Positions 17,695-27,600 of a DNA stretch of 32,000 nucleotides are shown here, in pieces. Location of the stretch: the NCBI RefSeq assembly GCF_000092105.1, contig NC_014148.1, forward strand, positions 2,940,001-2,972,000, given 5' to 3'. A program made the translations under genes and the position numbers. Below the pieces are notes generated by a model. It was not told the DNA's origin. It did not search any database and worked only from the letters and a program-made list of their open reading frames with translations. Numbering within the stretch: position 1 is the first letter of the stretch; the number at the start of each line of letters is the position of its first letter. The stretch is from Planctopirus limnophila DSM 3776. Its GTDB lineage: Bacteria; Planctomycetota; Planctomycetia; Planctomycetales; Planctomycetaceae.

Positions 17695-19164
17695 TTATGG
17701 AGTTGGTACTTGGTAGACATCCTTGTACCACGTGAGCAATCGGCGAGTCATCGCTGCCACACGGGCCTGATCTGCCGATGCCCGGTTGGTTGTTTCCTGC
17801 GGATCGAGTTCAAGCTGATAAAGTTCCGCATGCTGCCCCTCGTGATCGACTAGAAGTTTCCATGGGCCTTCACGCATGGCCAGGAATGGACTGCGATTGG
17901 CTGCATCTTTCGGGAAGGCGAACGCTTCGGACTTACGTCCGTATTCCCAGAAATCTGCTCGTAGCTGCTGCTCTTCAATCACTGGTCCTGCCGTCGCCTG
18001 TGTGAAACTCCCTGAGCAATTGTGTCCATCGAGCTTCCAGGAATTGGAGGCCAGCAACTGCTCGCCAGTGCTTCCTCCGGCATAGGCAAGTAATGTAGGA
18101 AGCAGATCGAGACTGGTCAGAACCGTTCGATCATCCACTGCACCGGCAGGAATTCTTCCAGGCTGCCAGACGATGAAAGGCACTCGAATTCCCCCTTCAT
18201 ACAAACTGAGTTTGGAGCCGCGTAACCCTCCGGTCCGTTCCTGATCAAAGGTGGGCAGCGGTCCATTGTCACCCATAAAGACCACCAGTGTCTTTTCGGC
18301 CATGGAATTCTGGCGAATCGCTTCGATCAATCGTCCCATCTGCTGATCAAGATTCGCCATCACGGCTCGATAGCGATCACGCTCCGTCACTTCCCTGGCA
18401 GGAGTAGCGCCCTGCTGTAGAGCAGATAACTGCTCCTGGCTGGGCCTGAAAGGAACATGGACATCATCCAGCCAGAGAGTAATGAGAGCCGGCTGTTGAG
18501 GATCTTTTTTCAGAAACTCCATAGTCTGATCAACCAGCCAGTGTGTTCGTCGGGAACGGTGCACCTGACCCGGCTCTAACTGTTCTGACCACGGTGGATA
18601 CTGCTTTCCCAGAGGAGTGGCAGGTTCCGGGCTTTCCCATGTCCCTTGGGCATGGTCGTAGCCATACGCCGCGAACTTGGGAGCATTGGTCACATCTCGA
18701 CCACCACCTAAATGCCATTTTCCCAAATGGCAGGTTCGATACCCGATCGATTTGAAAATTCTCGCCATGGAAGGAGCTGTAGGGCTCAAAAAATCGGCTT
18801 GCCCGCAAGCCTTGTTTCCGGCTCTTGTCTGAAGATAACTGGTAATCTTATGCCGACCGGGATAGCGACCAGTGACCAGAGCCGCACGAGAGGGAGAACA
18901 GATGCAGGAGGCAGAGTAAAACTGCGTCCACCTCTTCCCTTCGCTGGCAAGCTGATCGAGTGCAGGTGTGGGTTGAATCTTGCCACCATAGCATCCGAGA
19001 TCTCCCAAACCCATGTCATCAACGACAATCACAATGATATGTGGATGGGCTGGAGAAACTGTGAGGGCAGGACTGGTCACAACTGGCTTCTCACATGCCA
19101 GAATCAGGCTCGTGGCTGGAAAGATCGCAAGACAAATTGCCCAGACTGGCCAAAGTCGTTGCAT
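17695..19164 (-). CDS. exported sulfatase (arylsulfatase A family, formylglycine-dependent)
   Basis: Signal peptide MQRLWPVWAICLAIFPATSLILA, metal site VVDDMGLGDLG, and the formylglycine motif C-S-P-S-R in SASCICSPSRAALVTGRYPG. Confidence 0.92.
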   Translation of the reverse strand: MQRLWPVWAICLAIFPATSLILACEKPVVTSPALTVSPAHPHIIVIVVDDMGLGDLGCYGGKIQPTPALDQLASEGKRWTQFYSASCICSPSRAALVTGRYPGRHKITSYLQTRAGNKACGQADFLSPTAPSMARIFKSIGYRTCHLGKWHLGGGRDVTNAPKFAAYGYDHAQGTWESPEPATPLGKQYPPWSEQLEPGQVHRSRRTHWLVDQTMEFLKKDPQQPALITLWLDDVHVPFRPSQEQLSALQQGATPAREVTERDRYRAVMANLDQQMGRLIEAIRQNSMAEKTLVVFMGDNGPLPTFDQERTGGLRGSKLSLYEGGIRVPFIVWQPGRIPAGAVDDRTVLTSLDLLPTLLAYAGGSTGEQLLASNSWKLDGHNCSGSFTQATAGPVIEEQQLRADFWEYGRKSEAFAFPKDAANRSPFLAMREGPWKLLVDHEGQHAELYQLELDPQETTNRASADQARVAAMTRRLLTWYKDVYQVPTP

Positions 19165-19617
19165 AAAATCGATCTACCTTTCTGGTAGCCCTCAGAGGGC
19201 TCTTTGCCAATATCTGCCTCGGGAGCGAACTGCGGTTTGATAAATTGAAACTTACATCGATTGCTGAATGCCTGATGAGTTAAGCCCCCTTGGGGGTTCT
19301 CTTGTTTAACCTCACCCGGAGATCAATCACCTCCCGAAAATCGGTTGAATTTCACTTTTTAAACCAACAATTCGACACCGATTCCTGTTGTTTCCTCAGT
19401 AGCGCTTCCACCAGCTCTCCTAGATGGCGAATCCACTTCCAGAATTCGTCCCATCGTCATGTTTTCAGGCATTCCAGTTCACACAGGTGGAGCAGAAACT
19501 GGCTCGGGTGCATGCTGGCATCATGACATGATGATCCCAAAATGATGCCGATGAAATCACAAAGTTTTGTCCGATGCCGCGAATCGATACATCCAGATAT
19601 GCAGAACAATCAACCTC

Positions 19618-19645
19618 TTGAAAATGGTTGCACGCGCTATACAAT
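19618..19645 (+). promoter_or_regulatory. candidate sigma70-type promoter for the RND efflux operon (TTGAAA-N16-TACAAT)
   Basis: TTGAAA at 19618-19623, a 16-nt spacer, then TACAAT at 19640-19645, about 140 nt upstream of ATG 19783. Pattern match only. Confidence 0.3.
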
Positions 19646-19782
19646 TTCATAACTGTCATCTGGTACGCACAAACTGCAAATAGTTAAGCAGCTGACTTCG
19701 CATGGGTGGCGTGATCAACACCACCTACCGCATTACGCATGATGGATGGATTCAATGAACACATCGGCCTATCAGATCATGG

Positions 19783-21087
19783 ATGAAAAAGTTGATGGTT
19801 GATCGACAAAACGCCAATTCCTCCCTGCCCCACAACAGACGTTATTTCTCCAGATCGAATTACATGATGCTCCTGAACTTTTCACAGCGCTGCCATTGTG
19901 CCTGCTGGGCCATCCTGATTGGCATTTGCCTGGTTTCAGGATGCAGCAAAAAACCTGTCGCTGCTAAAGCTCCACCTCCACCCGAAGTTTATGTCGATCA
20001 ACCGATTGAACGAACGATTACCAATTATGAGGAATACACGGGCCGCATGGCCGCCGTTAAGACCGTAGAGCTTCGCGCCAGAGTGAGTGGCTACCTCGAT
20101 AGAGTCCAATTTGAAGATGGCGCCGATCTTCCCAAAGATGCGCTTCTGTTTCAGATCGATGACCGCCCCTTTCTCGCTGCTGTTTCTCAGGCACAATCGA
20201 CGGTTTCTCAACTGGAAGCTCGGCTTGAGCGTCTTCGCCGAACGGAAGACCGAGCATTTCGACTCATCGAACAAAAGGTGACGACGACTGAAGATTATGA
20301 AGTCGCCAAGTATCAGGCACTGGAGACAAAGTCCGAGCTTGAAGCCGCTCGTGCGAACCTGGATATCGCGAAACTCAATCTTGAGTTCACGACGATTCGT
20401 TCTCCGATTGATGGCCGAATCAGCCGGCGACTGGTTGACCCTGGTAACCTGGTTCAGGCCGATATCACACCTCTGGCGACAATCGTCAGCCTGGATCCAC
20501 TTTATGCCTACTTTGATGCCGACGAACGCACCGTGCTGCAAGTCCGCCGGCTGATTGCCGAAGGAAAAATACGCTCTGCTCGAGATCAAACCATTCAGGT
20601 GCAAATTGCTCTCGCGGATGATCGACAGTTCTCGCTGACTGGCACCATTGATTTTGTCGACAATCAGGTCACCGCCACCACAGGAACTTTGCGGATACGG
20701 GCTGTCGTCGATAATCCCAAAAAACTTCTTTCCCCCGGCATGTTCGTCCGAGTACGCGTACCAATTGGAGTCCCCCATCCAGCACTGCTGATTCGAGAAG
20801 AGTCATTGGCCTCAGATCAGGGAGAACGTTTTGTTTACGTTGTCGGCACCGACAATCAAGTTGAGGTTCGCCCTGTCGTTATCGGAAAACTGGACGGAAA
20901 ATTTCGCGTGATTGAATCGGGCTTAAAGCCCGATGATCGAGTGGTTGTCACTGGTCTGCAGAGAGTGAAAAATGGAAGCGTGGTCACTCCTAAGCCCTAC
21001 AAAAATGCCTCCGATGAGGTGACAGGTACACCGCCCATTCATTCCGAGATTCTGATTGGCCAGCCTGTACCTGCCCCTTCCAAATAA
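19783..21087 (+). CDS. efflux RND transporter periplasmic adaptor (membrane fusion protein), lipoprotein
   Basis: Lipobox LVSGC after a hydrophobic segment. MFP pattern: ARVSGYLDRVQFEDGADLPKDALLFQIDDRPF, a coiled-coil hairpin region, FTTIRSPIDGRISRR, then beta-barrel and MP domains. The start may instead be ATG 19864 (MMLLNF...). Confidence 0.9.
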   Translation: MKKLMVDRQNANSSLPHNRRYFSRSNYMMLLNFSQRCHCACWAILIGICLVSGCSKKPVAAKAPPPPEVYVDQPIERTITNYEEYTGRMAAVKTVELRARVSGYLDRVQFEDGADLPKDALLFQIDDRPFLAAVSQAQSTVSQLEARLERLRRTEDRAFRLIEQKVTTTEDYEVAKYQALETKSELEAARANLDIAKLNLEFTTIRSPIDGRISRRLVDPGNLVQADITPLATIVSLDPLYAYFDADERTVLQVRRLIAEGKIRSARDQTIQVQIALADDRQFSLTGTIDFVDNQVTATTGTLRIRAVVDNPKKLLSPGMFVRVRVPIGVPHPALLIREESLASDQGERFVYVVGTDNQVEVRPVVIGKLDGKFRVIESGLKPDDRVVVTGLQRVKNGSVVTPKPYKNASDEVTGTPPIHSEILIGQPVPAPSK

Positions 21088-21257
21088 ACCTCTTCCATTC
21101 AAAAAACGGGAGAGATTGAAGAGTGCTTGAAGTTTCAGATTCGTGCTTTCCATTTCCCCAGCTTCATCTCGAGATTCGCCAGATTTCCCTTCTGAACGAC
21201 GGTCTGGAAACTGCATGTATCAACGAGGATCATCGAATCTAACAGGACGCAGTACCT

Positions 21258-24200
21258 TTGCAGTTTTGCCGCTACTTTATTGACCGCCCGATTTTTGCAG
21301 CCGTCCTGTCAATTCTTGTGACATTGGCGGGGGCGATCGCATTGTTCCGCCTGCCCATTGCTCAATTCCCGGCAGTCGCACCACCCACTGTCCAGGTCGA
21401 TTGCAATTATCCCGGTGCCAGTTCGCTGGTTGTGGCACAGACCATTGCTGCTCCTATTGAGCAGCAGGTGAATGGTGTCGAAGAAATGCTCTACATGTCG
21501 TCGCAGAGCACGAGCGACGGCTCCTATACGCTCACAGTGACTTTCAAGCCCGGTGTTGATCTGAACCTGGCACAGGTGCTGGTGCAAAACCGGGTTTCAT
21601 TGGCGAGGCCACAGCTTCCCGATGTCGTACGCGCCACAGGTGTCACCACGAAGAAACGCGCCCCGGATATTCTCCTGACGATCAGCATCAACTCGCCAGA
21701 TAACCGCTACGATCAGCTCTACATCAGCAATTATGCGCTGCTCCACTTGCGAGACGAAATCGCGCGAATTCCAGGGATCAGCGAAGTTCTCCTGTTTGGC
21801 CAGCGCGATTACAGCATGCGTGTCTGGATCGACCCCGAACAGCTTTCCACCCGCAACCTCACTGCCAATGACGTCGTTAACGCCATCCGTGAACAGAATT
21901 TCCAGGTCGCAGCCGGTTCTATCGGGCAACCTCCTCATTCCGGCTCATCGACTCGGCAGATTCCCCTGGCAGTGGTGGGACGATTAACCAATGAGACTGC
22001 CTTCGAAGACATTGTCGTCCGAGCCGACCATGATCAACTGATTCGCATTCGCGATATTGGACGCGTCGAATTAGGTGCCCGCAGTCAGGACATCAACAAC
22101 CGTTTTGATGGGAAACCGACAGTTGGCCTCGCGATTTTTCAACTTTCAGACGCAAATGCCCTGACAACAGCCGATTTGATTAAGGCGAAAATCGAAGAGC
22201 TTTCGAAGGATTTTCCCGAAGGTCTGGCTTACGAAATCGGCTATGACACGACGCCATTCATCCGCGAATCAATCGATGAAGTTTTCAAAGCTTTACGAGA
22301 TGCCACCATCCTCGTCGCCTTAGTGGTCCTGGTCTTCCTGCAGGGCTGGCGCCCAGCCATTATCCCGCTCATCGCAGTCCCCGTGGCGATTGTCGGAACA
22401 TTTGCGGCTATGGCAGTGGTGGGCTTCAGTATCAATAACCTCACCTTGTTCGGACTTGTGCTGGCCATTGGCATTGTTGTGGACGATGCGATCGTCGTCG
22501 TCGAAGCGGTACAGCATCATATCTCGCAAGGACTGAATCCTCGGGAAGCGGCGGTCCGTGCCATGGACGAAGTCGCTGGGCCTGTGGTGGCTGTGGGACT
22601 GGTTCTCAGCTCAGTGTTTATCCCATGTGCGTTTATTACTGGAATTGTGGGGGAGTTCTTCCGGCAATTTGCTCTGACAATTGCGATCTCAACCATCCTT
22701 TCGATGCTCAATTCGCTGACACTCAGCCCGGCCCTGGCGGCCATTCTGCTGCAAGGCAAAGACGACCGACCAGACATTCTCACCCGCATCATTAACTTCT
22801 TGTTCGGCTGGTTCTTTGCAGCTTTCGACTGGTCATTTCGAACATCCACTTCGCTCTACACTCGCTTCGTCGGGCAACTGCTGCGAATTCCAGTCCTCGT
22901 ACTCATCGTTTATGGCGGATTGCTCTTCCTCACAGGCTGGGGATTCAACCAGCTACCCAAAGGATTTATTCCCTCGCAGGACATGGGCTACCTGATTGCC
23001 AGCATTCAGCTTCCCGATTCGGCAGCAGCCGGTCGGACGCGAGATACCGTGGCACGAATTGAAGAAATCACACTCAAGACACCAGGCGTCAAGAACGTCA
23101 ATTCGATTGCCGGGAACTCCTTTATTTTGAGTTCTTATGGTTCAAATTTTGGCTCGATGTTCATCATTCTCGATTCGTTTCATCACCGGAAAGGTCACGC
23201 CGGACAATCTGCGGAAGAGATTGCCGCATCACTGAGAAAAAGTTTTGCCAAAGATGTCCCCGAAGCCCTCGTGAGTGTCTTTCCTCCACCAGCCGTCCGT
23301 GGATTGGGGAGAGCTGGCGGTTTTCGACTGATGGTTGAAGATCGCGAAGATCTGGGGCTTAAAGAGCTGCAGAAAGGGACCGACGAACTGATTGCGAAGA
23401 TGAATGCCACCGGGAAAGTTCAAGGAGCATTTACCGTCTTCAAAACGAACTCGCCACAGATCTTTGCCGATATCGACCGTCAGGCGTGTCTTCAACTGAA
23501 TGTCCCCTTACAGGAAGCCTTTGCCGCCCTACAGGCCACGATGGGTTCGCGATACGTCAACGACTTCAATCGATTTGGGCGTACCTGGCAGGTGGTGGTT
23601 CAGGCCGATACGGATTTCCGAAATGACCTGGCAGATTTGAAACGTATCAAAGTTCGTAATAGTCACGGAGAGATGGTTCCACTGGCGTCTGTCTGCACGC
23701 TGAAGGAAGTCAGCAATCCTCTCGTGATCTCGCGCTATAACATGTATCCGGCTGCGACTGTCAACGGGAACGTCGCCCCGGGATTCAGCACAGGCGAGAC
23801 GCTCGACATGGTCGAACAACTGGCCGCGAGTGAACTTCCAATCGGCCTCGCGACGGAGTGGTCGGAACTTTCTTACATGGAGCGGCAAGCAGGTAACACC
23901 GGGATGTTCGTCTTCTACATGGCAATTGCCTTCGTGTTTCTGGTACTGGCAGCTCTTTACGAAAGCTGGGCCTTGCCGCTGGCAGTCATTCTGGTCGTCC
24001 CGATGTGCATTTTGAGTTCGATCACAGGTGTGGCGTATGCCGCCATGGATATCAATGTTTTCACTCAGATTGGATTTGTCGTGCTGATTGGTCTGGCCTG
24101 CAAAAACGCGATTCTGATTGTCGAATTTGCACGTTCTCGACGTCATGAAGGAGCCACGATTCGCGAGGCCACGCTCGAAGCCTGCCACTTGAGGTTACGG

Positions 24201-24566
24201 CCCATCCTGATGACATCGTGCGCCTTTATTCTGGGAGTGATCCCATTAATTCTGGCCACTGGTGCAGGTGCCGAGATGCGGAGAACCTTGGGCGTGGCGG
24301 TTTTCAGTGGCATGCTCGGAGTGACCTGCTTTGGCATTCTGTTGACCCCAGTTTTCTTCTACGTAATTGAACATCTGAGTGAAGCGGAGTTCTTCCGATC
24401 ATCAAAGATCCGCGAGCCAGCCCAGTGGGTACTCGATCTGATTCGTCTCAAACCACTCTGGCGAGGGGCCCAATGGTCAGGCCGGCACCTGATTTCGATA
24501 TCAGACAAGATTGAAGAAAGATTTCGTCCTCATGACCCTGGAAGTTCATCATCAGGTCATTCATAG
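21258..24566 (+). CDS. efflux RND transporter permease, AcrB/HAE1 type (paralog 1)
   Basis: 1102 aa. N-terminus ..YFIDRPIFAAVL. Proton-relay motifs are intact: AIGIVVDDAIVVVE (TM4 DD), GLACKNAILIVEFA (TM10 K), RLRPILMTS (TM11 R). TTG start with AGGA 10 nt upstream. There is a 62-aa hydrophilic C-terminal tail. Confidence 0.95.
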   Translation: MQFCRYFIDRPIFAAVLSILVTLAGAIALFRLPIAQFPAVAPPTVQVDCNYPGASSLVVAQTIAAPIEQQVNGVEEMLYMSSQSTSDGSYTLTVTFKPGVDLNLAQVLVQNRVSLARPQLPDVVRATGVTTKKRAPDILLTISINSPDNRYDQLYISNYALLHLRDEIARIPGISEVLLFGQRDYSMRVWIDPEQLSTRNLTANDVVNAIREQNFQVAAGSIGQPPHSGSSTRQIPLAVVGRLTNETAFEDIVVRADHDQLIRIRDIGRVELGARSQDINNRFDGKPTVGLAIFQLSDANALTTADLIKAKIEELSKDFPEGLAYEIGYDTTPFIRESIDEVFKALRDATILVALVVLVFLQGWRPAIIPLIAVPVAIVGTFAAMAVVGFSINNLTLFGLVLAIGIVVDDAIVVVEAVQHHISQGLNPREAAVRAMDEVAGPVVAVGLVLSSVFIPCAFITGIVGEFFRQFALTIAISTILSMLNSLTLSPALAAILLQGKDDRPDILTRIINFLFGWFFAAFDWSFRTSTSLYTRFVGQLLRIPVLVLIVYGGLLFLTGWGFNQLPKGFIPSQDMGYLIASIQLPDSAAAGRTRDTVARIEEITLKTPGVKNVNSIAGNSFILSSYGSNFGSMFIILDSFHHRKGHAGQSAEEIAASLRKSFAKDVPEALVSVFPPPAVRGLGRAGGFRLMVEDREDLGLKELQKGTDELIAKMNATGKVQGAFTVFKTNSPQIFADIDRQACLQLNVPLQEAFAALQATMGSRYVNDFNRFGRTWQVVVQADTDFRNDLADLKRIKVRNSHGEMVPLASVCTLKEVSNPLVISRYNMYPAATVNGNVAPGFSTGETLDMVEQLAASELPIGLATEWSELSYMERQAGNTGMFVFYMAIAFVFLVLAALYESWALPLAVILVVPMCILSSITGVAYAAMDINVFTQIGFVVLIGLACKNAILIVEFARSRRHEGATIREATLEACHLRLRPILMTSCAFILGVIPLILATGAGAEMRRTLGVAVFSGMLGVTCFGILLTPVFFYVIEHLSEAEFFRSSKIREPAQWVLDLIRLKPLWRGAQWSGRHLISISDKIEERFRPHDPGSSSSGHS

Positions 24567-24662
24567 GATCTACACAGACCTTTTAGAAATTGAAGTGCCG
24601 GCAGGATCATCAATTCAAGTCCAAGTCACTGGTTCGAGCACAGTTATCGGCAGGTTGTTTTC

Positions 24663-27600
24663 ATGTTTTCACGCTTCTTTATTGATCGACCGATCTTTGC
24701 CAGTGTGCTTTCGATTGTGATCACACTCGCTGGTGGAATCGCCGTTTTTACACTGCCGATTACTCAATACCCTGAGATCACACCACCGACTGTCGAAGTC
24801 TCAGCCATCTACCCGGGAGCCAATGCTCAAGTGGTGGCGGATACCGTCGCGTCACCTATTGAACAGCAGGTCAATGGTGTCGAGGGCATGCTCTACATGA
24901 CCTCGCAATGTGCCAACGATGGCAGCTACACACTCACAGTGACATTCGCCCCGGGTAGCAATCTGAACATCGCCCAGGTGCTGGTGCAGAATCGTGTGGA
25001 TCTGGCCGAACCAGTGCTCCCCGACCTCGTCAACCGCCGCGGGATTCTGGTCAAGAAGAAATCGCCGTCGGTGTTGATGATCGTCAATCTGTACTCGCCC
25101 GACAATTCGCGCGACAACCTTTACCTCAGCAATTACGCGACAATTCAATTACGTGATGAACTTTCCCGCCTGCCGGGAGTGGGTGATATCACATATCTCG
25201 GACGTCGCGATTACAGCATGCGCGTCTGGCTGGATCCTGATAAGCTCGCCTCATTGGGGCTATCCTCCAGCGATGTCGTGCATGCGATTGAACAGCAGAA
25301 CGTGCAGGTCGCAGCCGGTCAGATTGGCCAGCCACCTGCGCCCAGTGATCAGGTTTTTCAGTTCACAATGACGACTGTGGGACGACTGGCCGATGACCAG
25401 CAGTTCGGCGAAATCATTGTAAAAACAGATGCCGACGGCCGAATCATTCGCCTGCGTGATGTCGCCCGCACCGAGTTAGGGGCCCTCGCTTACGATCAAG
25501 TCTGCACACTGGATGGAAAACCCTCGGTGGCACTTTCGGTCTATCAGCTTCCGGGATCCAATGCCCTCGAAGTCGCCGAGAGTGTCCGTAAGAAAATGGA
25601 GCAGCTCAAAACCCGCTTCAAGCCGGGAGTCGACTATTCGATTGTGTACGACACCACGCCGTTCATCGAAGAATCGGTCAGTGAAGTTTTTACGGCCCTG
25701 CGCGACGCAGTCATTCTCGTCGCGATTGTCGTGCTGATTTTCCTGCAGGGCTGGCGGGCCGCGGTGATTCCTCTGGTGGCTGTTCCCGTGGCGATTGTAG
25801 GAACCTTTGCGGCCATGGCGGCGTTTGGTTTCAGTCTCAACACGCTGACACTCTTCGGCCTGGTGCTGGCCATCGGGATTGTGGTGGATGATGCCATTGT
25901 CGTCGTCGAAGCGATCGAGCATCACATTGAACACGGACTGTCTCCGCGCGAAGCCGCCATTCGTGCCATGGATGAAGTCGCGGGCCCCGTCATCGCCGTC
26001 GGGCTGGTGCTGAGTGCGGTTTTTCTCCCGTGTGTGTTTATCACCGGGATTGTCGGCCAATTCTTCCAGCAGTTCGCACTGACGATTGCCATTTCGACAG
26101 TGATCTCGGCATTCAACTCGTTGACACTCAGCCCTGCCCTGGCGGTGTTGCTCCTCAAGCCCCGCGCGCATGGTCATGCCCCTGAACCGCTCCCCCGCGT
26201 GGGAATTGTGCTGGTCGCTGTCCTGGGGGCTTATCTTCTCGGCCCACGTCTGCTGGCCGACTATCAGTTCGCGGAAATGCCTTATTTCAAATACATAATG
26301 GCAAGTCTGGCGTTGATCCTGGCAGTTCCTCTGGCGGGCTGGATCAATCGATTGTTGAGTCTGTTCTTCCGCGGTTTCCAGGAAGTGTTCGACGCCTTAA
26401 CGGCAGGTTACATTTCGATAGTGTCGAGTCTATTACGAATCAATCTGCTGATGATGTTCGTTTATGCGGGCTTGCTGTACGCGACTGTTGAAGTTTTCAA
26501 TCGCGCTCCGGCGGGTTTTATTCCAGCTCAGGATAAAGGCTACCTGCTGGTCAATGTTCAACTTCCGGATGCCGCTTCGCTGGATCGTACAGAAGCCACT
26601 CTGGCCAGCATTCACGAGATTGCCAAAGAGACCAAAGGAATTCGGCATACCGTGGGCATTGCCGGTCAGTCGCTCTTGCTGGGAGCTAATGCACCCAACT
26701 TCGGGACGTTCTATTTCATGCTCGACGATTTCGAACATCGGCATGAACCTGGCCTCATGGCGAAAGCATTGGCTATGCAACTAGAGGAAAAACTTGCCAG
26801 AGCGATCCCTGAAGCGCGGATCAACATTCTCGGAGCACCCGCGATCGACGGATTAGGAAACGCCGGCGGCTTTCGCCTGATGATCGAAGATCGTGGCGAT
26901 AACGGGTTGACGGCACTCGAATCCCAATCGAAACTTCTCATCGAAAAGGCACAAACAAACCCCATTTTTGACCGCGTGTTTTCCAGTTTCAGCGCGAATA
27001 CACCCTGGCTGTACATCGATGTGAACCGCGATGCAGCCAAAGCCATGGGTGTCTCGATTGACGATCTGTTCAGTGCGATCCAAACGCATTTTGGCTCGCT
27101 GTACGTCAATGATTTCAATCGTTTTGGCCGGACTTGGCAGGTGAATGTTCAAGCCGATGGTGATTTCCGGCTTTCTCCCGACGACATCAAGCACTTGAAG
27201 ATCCATAACTCACATGGCGAAGTCGTACCTCTGGCTGCCGTGGCCACCACGCGAGAGGCTAGCGGCCCTTCCATGATCATCCGGCATAACCTTTATCCTT
27301 CGTCCACTGTCAACCTCGACTCAGTTCAGGGTGCCAGTTCCGGCGAGACCATCGAGACGATGAAGGCCATTGCCGATCGCGAACTCTTCGAAAATATGCG
27401 GGCCGAATGGACAGAACTGGCCTATCTGCAACAGCAGGCCGGGAACACCGCGATCTATGCATTTCTTCTCGCGGTTGTGCTCGTGTTTCTCGTCCTCGCC
27501 GCTCAATACGAAAGCTGGGCTTTGCCGCTGGCGGTGATTCTCGTGGTGCCCATGTGCCTGTTGTGCTCGATTCTGGGTGTGCTGCTCACGGGCCAGGATG

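Noticed and set aside
19519-19533. Perfect 7-1-7 palindrome CATCATGACATGATG upstream of the RND operon, considered as an operator
   Set aside because: A 7-bp-arm palindrome is expected by chance about once or twice in 32 kb. No regulator gene is adjacent. It is kept only as a note within the spacer finding.
19936-20778. 280-aa ORF antisense to the RND adaptor gene
   Set aside because: Shadow ORF inside a clear MFP coding region.
21123-21242. 39-codon GTG-initiated sORF in the 170-nt gap between the adaptor and RND paralog 1 (MLEVSDSCFPFPQLHLEIRQISLLNDGLETACINEDHRI), considered as an AcrZ-like small pump partner
   Set aside because: It is not hydrophobic, whereas AcrZ-type partners are single TM helices. 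It has no RBS and could easily arise by chance at this length.
23529-26177. 219-aa and 233-aa ORFs (23529..24188, 25476..26177), plus several shorter ones, antisense to the two RND permease genes
   Set aside because: They are His/Arg/Asp/Gln-rich and run antisense to codon-biased membrane-protein genes. They appear at equivalent positions in both paralogs, as expected for frame shadows rather than genes.
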